From Laetmonice hystrix (Eukaryota), in the NCBI GenBank assembly GCA_965235115.1, contig OZ249436.1, positions 38,318,001 to 38,382,000 on the forward strand: a DNA stretch of 64,000 nt, read 5' to 3'. Under the pieces are notes generated by a model. The model had not been told where the DNA came from and ran no database searches. It was given only the letters and a program-made list of their open reading frames with translations. Below, in pieces: positions 51,101-64,000 of this stretch. The position numbers were made by a program, and so were the translations under genes. Position 1 is the stretch's first letter. The number at the start of each line of letters is the position of its first letter.

Positions 51101-51664
51101 GCCAAAAGTGACGGTCGGGCGATCCTAGAATCGGCCCAGATTCCAGATCTATCGCGCGGAACATTATTTAGGCCTATGCCTATATGAGCTAGGCCTATAC
51201 GGTACAATCTAACGCTATCCCATGCAGTGAGCGCCCCGAACCGACATAACCCGACTTGCGCCTCCCGGCGTCCCTTCCTCCGTCGGATCGGCCCCGGCTG
51301 CCGTCTACCGGCGGCGCCCCGAAACCCCTGGACATTGCCCCGTGCGGTCAGCCTACAGGACCGGAAGGACGAACAGACAGAACATCGCGCCTGTCACGTG
51401 GACATCCACAAACTGCAGCGACCTCTAGCGGCGCATCCAAACCGAGGGCGGACGCTCTCCACGGGGAACATTCTGATGGTAAGGGAGGCCGGGAGAAGTC
51501 CAGTGCATGACCTTGACGAGACCGATGACCTTGAGGTGCTCCTAGATGACGGGGCATCTACCAACGACCGAGCGTCCCCTGATCCTGCGGTGTCCGTTAC
51601 CAATAATGCTCTTCGGCTTCAAAAACTGACACTGACCCCAAAACGGTTTAACGACTGTACATAG
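48166..51664 (+). CDS. Candidate orphan 3-exon gene, 163 aa, no recognised domain
   Basis: ATG|GTAAGT at 48166-48168; exon 49565-49616 (ANGNPHYESMTKDDLLI, donor GTGAGT, phase 1); GC-rich exon 51228-51664 (CTAAC branch point plus CAG acceptor, stop TAG). Total 492 nt in frame; AATAAA at 51848. Confidence 0.45.
50247..51023. mobile_element. hAT-like non-autonomous element with TTCCATGACTTTTCC subterminal repeats, nested in an older IR-bounded element (~50207-51163)
   Basis: Ends CAGGGTTCCCAC / GTGGGAACCCT; imperfect 8-bp flanks CTAGATTA / CTAGAATC; outer IR ATGTTCTGCGCGATA...GATTCTAG vs CTAGAATC...TATCGCGCGGAACAT. Confidence 0.65.
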
Positions 51665-52308
51665 GCCACAGTGAACATCTTAAGAAATGTGTAGACAAGA
51701 AAATCCAGTAATGTTTCAAGTATTCATGCTTTATTAACATTTCATCACATAGAGACCATCTAGGCCTAGCATTAAAAACTGTTACTGAAAATTAATTTTG
51801 GTCACAAATATGATTTAGGCTAGACCATTTAATAATGTTACATTTAAAATAAATAATTATATACAATTATTCCTAGGGGGTTATGAATATTTTCTCTTCC
51901 ACGTGCATGTTTATTATAGGCCTATAGGCCCAACAGTCATGTATGTAGGCCTAACCTATACTCAACACATAAATAGTTACGAGCACACAAAAATAGTTAC
52001 GCGCATTCGGCTGTAGCCCTCCTCTACTCGATGCACAAAACAGAGAAACAATGTCAATGGGCCTGATTTTCTTTGCATATAGCAATGAATCCCATGCAAA
52101 ACTACTCAAGGTAAAATGAACGCACACCCTGATCCCACTGTTATGGTTATAGAATAAATATATACAAACGAAAGTTACATCTTAGCATGTAAATACATCA
52201 GCATACCCACATAGCCTATAACAAATTAATGTTCGGCTTAACATAATGCTGTCCGATTGGAAGATGGGCCTCCTTCAAATGTTTTGGACGCCTTTAGGAT
52301 TTCAGCTG

Positions 52309-54023
52309 TCACCAGCACCTACAGCCTGACGTGGGACTTTTCTCGGAGATAATGGCAGTTAAACCACAGTCCTCTCTGCAGAGGGTGCCTCCTGGTAAAT
52401 TTTGGGGTTCACTGTCAACGGCTGACGTTTGTATTGGAACGCTGGTACCGTCAACGCGCAGTGTCTGTCTGGGATCACGAAGAAAGCTCGTCGCGTCGCT
52501 CGAGCTGCCATTTGGTGTTAAAGCGAGACTACCGGAGCTGCTGGGGTAAACAGTTGGTGTTCTCTCATCCTGTCGCAAAGAACTCGCTGAGGTTTCCCTG
52601 TTACGTTCGGGTATCTTGACTTTAAGGGTTTGGATGTCGACTGGGTCATTAGTTTCTCCGGCAGAGGGCCACTGGTTTTCAGCAAGGAGTACAGGCTGGA
52701 CGGTGAACCGCGGTATGATCATGCAAACCTGGGGACTGCCATATTTCTTGTCACCCTCAGGCTTTGGAGAACGATAATCCATTTCGAGTGTGGTAGGCGT
52801 GTTACTATCATCGCAAAGGGTAGAGCCGGTAATAATACGCTGTGGTTCAGTGTCCATAATCTGGTCTATGACACGTTTAGAAGAGCACGGTTTCGAAGAT
52901 TGTGTCTGGTTCAGATCGTTTGAAACCATACCCCAATAGACCGTGGCCAGTCTTGAAAGTTCTTCTTCTTTAACGTTGGCCTTGTCGACGGCCAAGGTAA
53001 ACCTCTCCGATTTGTACGCCTCCCTGACGCGCGCCTGAAGGTAGAGGTACAACTTAACTGCTCGCTCCCGCTGTTTCTTGTAGTGTTCGACCTCCCGGCC
53101 CTTTTCTTCCAGCCGAACTTTCGCCTTCGCCAGGTTGTCACGGTAACGTGCTAACTTTGACGTTGTTTCCTTGACGTTTGCGCGCCACTGCGCCAACTCT
53201 GTCTGCAGCTCATTGATGTAGTTGGTGAGACGCTCGATCTCGGCGTAGTGGTCACAGATCGCTGGAGGTTTTTCTGTGGGTGTCGTGCTCAGAGACTCAG
53301 CCGAACTAACACTGTCCAGTATCAGGAGGAGAGAGTTGGTGGACATGAGAGGCGGAGGTCGATCTGCTGGTTGCCGCTGTATGCGTCGGACGCTAGCTTC
53401 TTTATTATTAATAGGCATAATATTAGTTGAATGCATCATTTCCCAAATGTCGTTTTCACCTTGCGGTTGCATCATCTGCAATTTCCAAAAGGTAGCAAAG
53501 AATGAGAAAACGCTGCAGGGTCGTTAGGTTGGATGGCTCAATAAATCTTTTGAATGGGAAAAGTCGATATTGCCTTTCATTAATCATTGCGTCGTTGATA
53601 TAGATCTAGAACTAGCTATACTATAGCCAAAGGCATAGCCTATGCTATGCTAAGCTAGGTGCCTTAGCCAGGTTCCTCGAATAACGTTTTTAGCCTAACG
53701 TTATAATATAGGGCCATTAGACCCATCACTTCCCTATGCTATTTACTGGAGCCCCTAATAAGTAGACTAAGAGGGGGACTGTGTGGATAACGTTAGGCCC
53801 TATCCCAATTAGCCTAATAGGCCTAGGCCTATATTAAGTAACCTGATAAAGGATATTAGGCCTATGTAGATCTAGAAGGGTTAAGAAATAACAATAACTA
53901 AGTAAAGTGGGGATAAAGACTACACTCGGCCTTCGTGCTTACTACATTTTTCGAAAATGTCAAAACCGTTAAATTTGATAAGGATAAGAGTCTACTTACA
54001 GCCACGGGGGTAGGTCTCTCCAT
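52309..54023 (-). CDS. Orphan 2-exon gene, ~396 aa, central predicted coiled coil and Ser/Thr/Pro-rich flanks
   Basis: Exon 1 54023-54000 (MERPTPVA|GTAAGT); exon 2 53475-52309 after a polypyrimidine tract and TGCAG acceptor; 1167-nt open frame. Heptad-like segment YAEIERLTNYINELQTELAQWRANVKETTSKLARYRDNLAKAKVRLEEKGREVEHYKKQRE. Confidence 0.7.
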
Positions 54024-54046
54024 TTCGTTGTGTCGAACCAGGGTAT

Positions 54047-54266
54047 ACTGAACGGGATATATTAAACATTGAATTTATACCTTCAATCTTCCCGTCTGTA
54101 ACCTTGGTAAGTTATTCACGTGTTGTTTTCACACTTTATCGCACCTTTGGAAGATAAAGCCGATCCCGCTACTGGTATTCTCCGGTATTCTCTACTTGGA
54201 AGATGCTTTCAAAAAAGGTGCGATTTGTGACGTCACAATGTGTTCATGCAAATGATTATTACGTCA
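54047..54266 (-). promoter_or_regulatory. TATA + Inr + CRE promoter of the ~396-aa orphan gene
   Basis: Minus-strand TATAAA (54079-54074) lies 30 nt before the A of a TCAGT initiator (54051-54047). Palindromic TTGTGACGTCACAA at 54225-54238 and TTACGTCA at ~54259. Confidence 0.6.
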
Positions 54267-57200
54267 TAGTGTCAGGTGACACAGGTGTTGTTCTGAATTT
54301 TTGTAGCGTCAAAATGAAGGTAGTTCTAAGATGCCTGGGAGAGAATGGCAAAGGTACAGTACCTTTGCATAGCCTACAAAACGCCTACAGTACCGTACCT
54401 CAGATTTTCCATGATTCTCTGGGTCCCGCTTTGTAGGCCATGTAAATTGTTCTCGATAGAGGGCGATTATTTTTTAGTTTTAAGTAGTGTAATCAGAGGA
54501 TGGTCAAGTAGGCCTATATTGAAAAATATGTTAGGGGTCCAACATTGAAAGCTGGCAAAAATTAATAAAAATCGATCAAGGCCATCAGTCTATAACAGGG
54601 AGTATAGACCTAGGCCTATAGGTATATGACGTCTGTGACAGGTGGGGAAGGATAGGCTAGGCCTATATTATTTAGGGCGCCGAGAAGTACCCTCGGCTTA
54701 TTTGGGGAATTGCCCCAGGTCCTATCCCTTATTCCATGCAACACCCCTGCCTGACAACAAACATGTTCAAGATAGGATTCTATAGCCTGCCATTAAGATG
54801 TGACTTAGAAAGAGGGTCTGGATCCGTGCCACCCCTATTTAAAGGTTGACCGTCGGGGGAGCTGGCCCTCAGTTCCTCTGCCATTAATCCTAATGTACTT
54901 TGTTTTGTTGGCGTGACCCAGACGGTAGTGGACGGTAAAGGGTAGAAGGTCTGGGTATTTTTAGCTGCAAGCGTGACGTTCAGCGATCAGCCCCAGGGTT
55001 CGCTCTATTCCTGGGTTGTCTTGACTTCCCGACTCAGCAATATCTACATCGATATTGTTCTATGGATTTACAGGTGAAAGAAAGGTTGCATGGGCATCTG
55101 TGGGGCGCCCACATGTGATCACAAGACAAATCACAGTCCAATCGCTCAGAATGCACACGACAAGTCACAGATAAGAAACACGGAAAAATGTGATTGCTTC
55201 AAGACCGAAATCAAAGCTTACTACATAAAAATGTTTTTATCTGCCAATAACCTAGAGAGGGACTCCTAGTGAATTGACCTTGGCCATTCTCCAACATAGC
55301 AACTTAGTAACCCTGATATTGTGATATGCTGTTATATATTGTGTGATGTATGTGATTTATTGTGTGTTATAGTGTTAGTTTGCAGTGAGCCCGTTATGTC
55401 TAATTGTAATCCCTGGGTTGCACTCACTTTTAACATCTTCATTATATGGAATGTTGTACATAATGTTTGGAGATATGATCTGCTGAAATGTCACAGATTA
55501 CATATAATATATAACTTTCCTTTTGGATAATGGATAATAGGCCTACGCCTGTTAGATGGAGGTTTCTGGTGTGTGTTAAAGAGACGATTCCACGATAGAT
55601 CTATAGGCATCAGTCTACCACCTTTGCTCAATATAATAGGTTCGAACCTCATTCTGGTCGGATATCAGTGGGGATTCGGATTTGGGGTAAGTGGGCCTGC
55701 CCCCTATATAGGATGGTATATAGGCCTATTCAACTGTGACTATCATTCGCTGCTAATGCCAGGGCCTACTAGGTGCCTATATTATTTTGTGGAGGTTAGA
55801 AAAGGCATCACTTAAAAATGAATTAGACGTTGGTCACATACATGCATGAGCCATCTCAGCGCTATAGAAATAAAGTTGAACTATTGCGGTTCTGGTACCG
55901 AAGGTGACCAACATAGGGCCCTCGGTGCATGCATGACGCAAACCACCAATCACTCACTCACTCAGAATGGGTTCGATTCCAGTAAGGTTTTATGCAATGT
56001 TTCTCTTTCCGAACATTCTGAAAGTGTACTGGGGTACGCCTGATGCCCATGCATGATGCGCAGTCCAGATAGAGTCCTGTATCTCCCCGAAGCAATCACT
56101 CAATATAAGGCATATTTCTTTTCGTACCGCGGAGCCAGAGGAGAAGTGGACGCGACAAGACACACCATTAATAACCTCGGCAGTCGATCGGTGACTGGTG
56201 GGCAGACCTGTTCGAGGACCTGAAGCTAACTTTTCTTCGGTTCACTGGTCATTACTGCTGTGCCAGGCTCGTGCATGACGGTATCACAACACAGACGTTC
56301 TGACCATGTAGCACCCCGCTCTGTTGCCCCACTAAATAATATGCTTGAACTACCACGGAGGCGTCACAGCTATTCTTGAAGCTTATTTCTATTTTTGCTT
56401 TTAAAAAGCGTCAGCCGAGCTTCTATAGCACGAACGATGCGACATGGCCGACTGTGGGCGATGGCTAGGTTGAATTCATAAAATCACCCTCAGGGCCTTA
56501 TTCAAGTCAACAGCCTTCCACAAATTTTGGAATGTATTTATGGAGAAGAGGCAGCAACCAGGTCGGACGTAAGAACACCGCTCAGGGACGAACAGGTCGG
56601 AAGTTCTGCACTAGGACTGGTCGGCCTCTCCTCAAAATTACCGGATAATTTACATGCAACAGCGCCGCCTAGGCCTAACATGGAGTGACAGAAACTGATT
56701 CAAGTAGAAGTTTTCCCCAAACTTAGCGGGAATCTTTTTTGGGGGGATAGATTTGGGTATATTTTTCTGCCTCTCAGGATTGAACTGTTGAACCGAGGGA
56801 GTAATGGATGTACGGGGGTTGAAGTTTAGCGTCCGTGGGACAAGCCGGTGCCGGATGATGAAGTACCGGTCAAGGACTTGTGTTACAGATCTGTCATACA
56901 GGCTGGCTGGATTCATTCTGGTCACATTCTGTTTTCACCATACCGGAGCAGAAACGGTGAGTGCTTGTTTTTTTTGTCTGGTCGCTGTATTTTCTTTCTT
57001 GTTCTTTTACTTCGATACGCCTATAATTGTTCCGATAATGTGATTAATGATGATCGTTTACTTATTGCTGATTAGGCCCTATAGCTGTGATGATGTTGAT
57101 AATAAACGGGCTAACCTATCAATAGATAAAAGTCCAGTAACTCAATGTGCCTTTATAATAATGATGGGGGCTATGATATACCACGATATAGGTTTTGTGT

Positions 57201-57444
57201 GTGTGTGTGGGGGGGGGGGGGGTCGCCTTTTGGGGTGCATGGGGGTGGTGCATGGTCGACGGATTGCAGGGGTGGGGGTATCTTCTTTTTTTCTTCTTTT
57301 ATCTTTTATCGGTCATGCGGCCGTTCTTTTACGTCCTGTCGACAGTAATTCAGTCATATTCAGGGCGATAGGAACCATTTAGTTCAGTTAAGGGACCCTA
57401 TTTATTTTACCTTCCGAGTCCCAGGGGGCGGGGGATGATGAGGA

Positions 57445-57585
57445 TGAAGTGAGGAAGAACTCTGCCACCGGGAGGCAATCTCCTACTCTTTTTGAAAAAT
57501 TGCAAGGGTTCTTTTATATGCCCAGTCGCACAGACACGGCTGGACATACCAAAGCCTTTGATGACCCAGTTGCAGAGCACTGGGT
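57445..57585 (-). mobile_element. SINE fragment (Meta/MESC-domain-like)
   Basis: Minus strand CCCAGTGCTCTGCAACTGGGTCATCAAAGGCTTTGGTATGTCCAGCCGTGTCTGTGCGACTGGGCATATAAAAGAACCCTTGC...AAAAGAGTAGG resembles a conserved mollusc-type SINE domain (recognised by eye). Confidence 0.6.
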
Positions 57586-60500
57586 AGGGCCAGTAAGAAA
57601 ATTAGTACTGGAAGGACAGAAATCCATCTGTGCCATGCAGATCTGAGATGACTTTGCAATCCGACACTCAACCACTTCCCCACACCAACCCTCGCCCAAT
57701 TTGTCGCCTTTTACGAACACCCAGAGGTTGCTCTGAGGATCATTCTGATCCCCAATTAATGGGAATAACTTACTGCCCTATATTTTATCTGAAGGCAAAT
57801 GCAATATTCTCTCTACAAATTATACCATATTAACTTGGGGTCGATTACTTGCTGGCCGTGATGTTTATTATAGAAACAAAGGCATCTATATAAGCCAAAT
57901 AGCTTCATAATACAAAGTTCTATTGCATGGTAAGAATATAAAACGTTCTATGGAATCGCGTATTCCTGTCACGGACTGCATCATAAGACTGCTCACTGTC
58001 TATAGATGTGGCATACAGGCTGGTTTTTATATCTCATTTTAGTGTCCATTATGGAAATCCTACATAACATAAAACAACTATAAACATTCCTTTCGTTGTT
58101 GAGATCGTTATGCGCTGCCTGTCTCCAACAATATGTAGACGATTGATGACCATGGTATAAATATGGATTTATAAAATGTCGCACAACGAGACCTGTTAAA
58201 TCCTATAGGTTGTTTTACATTTTAATAATCTGTGTTAACGTCCGCGGCGTGCGCACAGGGACATTTCGAATGCTCGGCATTGTCCTAAGAAGCCCTCGAG
58301 ACAAAGGGAGGACTCCTAGAATCAATGATGACCAATTAGTGCGTGACCGTGACTGTGAGGGGGAGGAGATGATAATGCATGACAAGGAATGTGCTGTGAT
58401 GTCCTATGTTAAACATTGCCAGTATGCGTCCCATGTGCCTCCATCCATCCCTGCAGGGCCCGGCGGTATACCGACACAGCAGGCTATGGCTGCCGATTCC
58501 GGCCACAGGCATCTTCTGTTGTTACCGAGCGGTCAGAGGAACGCCAATCAAAGTCAATTCTATAACTATACACTTTTGTTCTAAACAAGGGTACCCTCGT
58601 CATAATATGCCTGTACAAACGTTCTTACAGGGGGTTAAAATACTGACCCACGACCCCAAAAGTGTCGGTTTAAAAACGTGTTAGCCTATCTTTAGTTACA
58701 TGGAATGGTCATGGTTCCAAGTCCGACCCTTCTCTGACTATATCCTCAAGTAGCTTCTGAGTTCAGAAATAAGGACAGTGCGGAACATAATGCATTTCCC
58801 CGCGTATATATCGTGGACTCTGTATTTTCCTAAACGTCACGCATGCGTCCAATCATCACCCTTCGGGTAAAAAAAAAGCGCGCAGCGAGCAATAATGGCT
58901 TTATTCTAGTCAGAACACATCATAGGATATGATCCTTGGATTAAAACCTAAGAAATATCTTTGTATGATCAGGATCCAGTCATCGATCTACGTCCCGAGC
59001 CAGGGTCAATGATTGTAAGCGGGTTAGGTCATGTTTATATATAACAACGACCCTGCTCCTGAACAACCCTTGGAGTCAACGGTGCGTGACAAGGCCCTTT
59101 TAGTTCCGTTATCGAAACGAAACAACCAGCATGTGTAATCCACTGCTAATGAACAATGGAAATAAGTGAAAGGATTCTGAAAATGACCTTGAAGTGACCC
59201 CGATACTCGACAGAAATAATAATTCAAAGTCTAAGGTTGGTGACCTTTACGAAGGGTATTATAGGATAACCTTAGATCTAACTCTGGGAACCTCAAGACT
59301 TGGGATGGCCTGCGATCTGCAGGCGATCACAAGGACTGCTCCTTTTCAGGTGAGCTCTAGGGGGTCAGCGCTCAGAGGGTTCGGCCCCCCTTGGCCACCA
59401 ATTTACTTTTTCCCCCATAGAAATCTCTGAATTAACCATGCTGACCCCCCCCCCTCTTAGCAAATTCTCCCACTCCCCCCCCCCCCCAAAAAAAAAAAAA
59501 CAAATCGTGGTTTCGCTCCTGATACGTGTTGGATTTGAATGTATTTGATAAACAGGACCCTTAATGGCTATCATGTCTATAAATAACCCTTATGACAGGG
59601 GTTAATGTGAATTTTATATTGGGCCTTAGTAGTCATTTCTCAATATACATTTCTACTAATAATACTTGAAATGTCATTGCTACCCTGATGACGTCATACC
59701 TGTTACCTATCCAGGCCGGTCTACAGGACGTGTTTCCCCTGAACTGGAAACCGCCGACTGGGGTCACGTACGAATGTCCTCAAGGTGAGTACGTTACGTT
59801 ATGGCGGTATGTCAAAATACGTCACGGGATCAGACGTAGCCAATCAGGGCCCTTCTTGGTCAGAAAGGCCCAACGAACACTTGGTCGCAGCAAAATTAAT
59901 GATAGATTAATTGCTCTACACATACAATTATCTTATGAGTCTCTTCCTCAAGGAATTCTTTTTCCAAATCCTTTTCTTTTCATCAGAAATTGAGAGAGGA
60001 AATCCGTAGGGTGAAGTAATATCAATTTTGAGGAGGGTTATTTGCATGATTTACACGCACGAAAACTGTGACCGACTACTGCGATTGTATAGGCCAAGCC
60101 ATGGTGGCTATGTTAGTAGGCAATGGCGGCGTTCTGCTACCTCCCCCGAAATTTTGCCCCCCCCCTCCCGCAGTTTATCAGACATAAAGATCAAAGTGTA
60201 TACACACGTCTTTGTCCCACCCCCTCATTTCCTGTTGCCCCCTTTAACTTTTAAAGTTTGGCGCCGTCACTGTATCGAGGAGGAGTGTGGCAAAATCGTG
60301 TTTGTATACAACTTGTCAGCAATATGTCCTATATTAATATTATCCGATACACATCTGACATACTGATTACAACAAGGGTTTCTTATATGTATCATGTACA
60401 GGTCTAAACTTTTACGGTCATACATAAAAGTCCAAGGTGGGTTTGTGATCTGACTGACCGCCTTACAGCGCAGAGTTGGTATATATCTCACCTATTTAAA

Positions 60501-60588
60501 ACAAAAAGATTGTTCTCGTAAAGGCGTTTCGAGCTTTAAGTCTTCTTAGTTTGGATCACAAGCAGTGTCGGTTTTGCAGGTTGCATAG

Positions 60589-60619
<31 letters not shown>

Positions 60620-62987
60620 GACGTTAATATTTGATTAGACTTCGTAAAGTATGGCGTACAATGGCGAATCCGCATAACCCCCAAACACAAAAAAATCGGT
60701 TAGTTTATACCTATTAAAATAGGATGCGTAGCGTACATTATTATTAGACATACATCTGAGCGGTATGCACGGAACAGGCCAACAGCAATATTCCTGCATT
60801 CTCCATCTTCATAATCAACCGCAGCCTTCGCAAAGCTTTCTCATATATATATATGAACGCTTGTCATTGGCTATTTACAAGCGACTATACCCATTTGAAA
60901 TGAACGTATTATACATCAGTGTGTTATGCCCCTTTGGCCCCAAGGTACCACATTATAAATATATCTCTCGGCGAGATATTCGCGAGCGAACGTCCAATAC
61001 TTGGTCGGTGGCCGCAGGCGAGTAGCTGTGAGCAAACCAGCTGACTCACCGACGGTCATGGAGTCAGTGTGAGCTATAGGTTCTCTAGGCTTAAAGGTCG
61101 GCCACCCGCCCTACAACACACGGTCTACGTGTTTCCGCGACAAGGGGAAGACATTATTGTAATGGAAAACATTCTATTATTCCGCGTTCCGACTCATTGT
61201 GCTAGATTTCTTTGGAGAAGAAAGAACAAGTACGAACACGTGTTTAATATTTATACTCAAAGTTTCAGCAGAATCCGGGACAACATAAAAACGAGAGTAC
61301 ATTGTCTAGGCCCTAAACAGACGCGGCACACTCTTCATTCTAAGTTTTCTCGTCTTATAATAGACAATGAATGAAAGCTCATTAAACAATGGCATTGTCA
61401 CCTATAGAATACAGTAAGCATGTCATTGTTGTGCAGCGGTGTGCCTAAATGACTCTGTTTATTGGCAGTAATAGACCTAGGATTGCATATAAACGGATTG
61501 TACTTACAATAATCATTTCAGATATACATGTACATGTACATGTATTCGATTGGCCAAGAACTGTATGTATATTCTAGGGCGGGGGGAGGTATGAAGGCGA
61601 AGCAGGGAATCTTGCAAAACCTAACTAAATTACAGCTTACAATTGAGTATTACCTTTATTCTAACCGGCTAGAGCCAGTGGTGAAACCCGAAGCACCTGA
61701 GAAGCTGGTGCAAAAACATTTGGGGCAAATGACCTCAAGTAAAATGTAAGTCGGATATTGCTGAAATGATGAAGTAGTACGTCTTGGTATTTATTTATTT
61801 TTTCCTCCTCAAATTACCATTATACATGTACATAATACTTATGACATCTCATGATGGCATTTGTGTTGTTGAAAAATGATGTATTATATAGATTTTAATA
61901 TCAAATGGCGCCTCAAAGTAGAGGACTGTAAACAGGAAGTCCTATTTGGTCAAGGGTCACTTCCCCTCATTCATTATGCGGACCTGTTGTATCCCTCGAC
62001 AAAAACGATGCATAATGCACGGCTCCGTTAGCCATCTTTGTCTATGCCAGGGGGACTATGAAAAGTTTTCAAACGTGCCTATCGAACCCGAGGTACCGAT
62101 TTATACTAAGCCCAGGTATAGTTCGAAGAAGCAGTGAAAAGATCCAATGTTTAGTTATGGTAATATAACCGAAAAAAACTTCGCACATAATCGAAAACCA
62201 TCAGACAGGAAGGATACACCCCTGCAAGTACATGTTGTACCAATAACACTTTCTCAACAAAGACGTCATATTAAAAAACTAACACTTCAACTGAAAGTTA
62301 TTAATTATTAAACAATCAAGATTATAAAGCGTCTTTCAAATACAGTAATGCCTATAGAAAGGTACAGCGCAAACTGGTACATATATCATTCTGCACAATT
62401 CATGAGTTCTCTGCTAACTGTCTGACCACTTCTCTAGAGACATGAAGAATATAACGGAACTTCGGGCATTTCTTCACTAGACATTGAATAATTAACCGTT
62501 ACAGATTTATTGACATATAACGGCAAATAGCAGGGCAATCCAATATTATAATACATTGTATAACCATTAGACTTGCATGACTCCTTTTAACCAACTGCTG
62601 CCAGTATATATTGTCATTGAGAGTTATTAATGAACTTTGACCTGCAGGGTGGGACGCCTATGGCCGATGGTGCTTCAAAGTATTTAATCATGATATGGTA
62701 GACACGGAAGCCCGAGCAGTATGCAAAAGGTACGTATTCTGTGCATTCATAGATCTGTGTGTATTACTTGGGTGTGTTATATGACAATCCATTTTAGTTT
62801 GTTTTATTCTTTTCTAAAGGAAAAGTAATGGCTCCGGCTACATTGAATATAAAGGAAATTTGTAATCATTACTATTAATTCTAGCGAGACTCCAGTCCAC
62901 AGCTGGATACAATGCTAACTATATGAACTATGCGTGCTCTGTATTTTGGGGATACATTCCATCTGAGAACATGTTTGATACATGATA

Positions 62988-63897
62988 CACAAAAGAAACG
63001 GCATATGTAACATCATCCATTATTTATAGTAAGTGGATATCTGGAGCAGTTCTATAGATACGAACCGTCGAAAAGGTTATGACCTCGAGTGACCTTTTAA
63101 TTTAAAAAAATGTAAAGGGAAATAGTGCCAAATGAAACATAATGACTTCCTAGCCATCATTCACAGTAATTATGTGGGGGTTTTCGGAACAGTTATGCAT
63201 ATGCATGACCTTGAATAACCTTTCACCTTCACTTGAGTTGAAAGAGTAGCCTAGTGCTAAATGAAACTTCATGACTTCCAATCCATGCTCAATAGTAACC
63301 ATGTGCTCTCTTACATCATTTTGAAGACATGATCGATTGAAAATATCCGTGCCGTTGTTTGACCGTTATAGGTCACTCCTGGTTACGGAAGGTTGCCCCA
63401 AACGAAAGTTCATGTAGGATTTCCTATCAGTCAATAATGTTAACTATAAAGACTTACTGTGTTATCTTGCACCATTTCCGCCACATCGTTATTTTCAAGG
63501 TCAAGTAAAAATAACATGGCACGAACGTTGCAAACTACGGTGTCATCTTGTCACATTTTCAAGATATGAGCCAAAACTATTATTATTTGGGTTCTAAAAA
63601 TACATTGGCAAGCATACGTCCCCTAGTATGGCTCTTCTCTTCATCAAGTTTGAAATAAAACTAGATCGTTTTTTTCGAGTTATTGCTGCTACTGTATTTT
63701 CGTCCAAGATGGCCCAGAAGCGGCCATTTTGAATGATATCAAAAGTCTCTTTGACGTGCGTCATCCTCAGACGGTCCCTGATAAATGTATAAAGTTCAAT
63801 TCTGAGAATGTCTCCGGAGGGACGTGCATAATACAGGTATGTGCCTACGGACCGGGGTCAAGTTGAAGTCCCCGTCCCTTCGGGTTGGGGCTAAAAA
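62988..63897 (+). mobile_element. Non-autonomous Helentron/Helitron-like element
   Basis: Repeated TGACCT(T) motifs, CAAGTTTGAA...GAGTTATT block, ACGGAC motif, and a 3' GC stem (CCCC...GGGG) followed by AAAAA, as in lophotrochozoan HINE-type repeats. Confidence 0.55.
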
Positions 63898-64000
63898 GGC
63901 ACATAAAGCATCACCAATGTGAAAGTATCATGCGTATAGGTCTGGACTTATTTTAACAGAATGAGTGTGCGCGCGTACATTATGTAGGTTAACGGACCAG

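Noticed and set aside
51170..54300. Endogenous virus or Polinton segment
   Set aside because: No capsid, polymerase, integrase or packaging-ATPase motifs and no long TIRs were recognised; kept only as orphan genes.

Overview
Eukaryotic, intron-rich genomic DNA from an invertebrate; the SINE- and Helentron-like repeats suggest a marine lophotrochozoan, but that is inference. Manual splicing with GT-AG introns and frame-consistent exon phases gives five recognisable genes. These are VPS45 (+, first exon outside the window), an 8-exon 895-aa GH20 beta-N-acetylhexosaminidase of the bacterial chitobiase type with a signal peptide and GPI-like tail (+), two tandem 8-exon 363-aa BHMT paralogues (-), and a 7-exon glucose-6-phosphatase (-). 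Two candidate orphan genes lie tail-to-tail at 48-54 kb. The rest is MITEs and other non-autonomous DNA transposons, SINE/LINE fragments and five minisatellites. The most notable points are the intron-containing bacterial-type chitobiase, apparent single-exon gene conversion and reciprocal active-site changes between the BHMT copies, a minisatellite built from a BHMT stop-codon region, and frequent TA-GGCC-TA insertions that look like transposon excision footprints. No rRNA, tRNA or CRISPR array was seen. All coordinates were counted by eye and may be off by a few bases.
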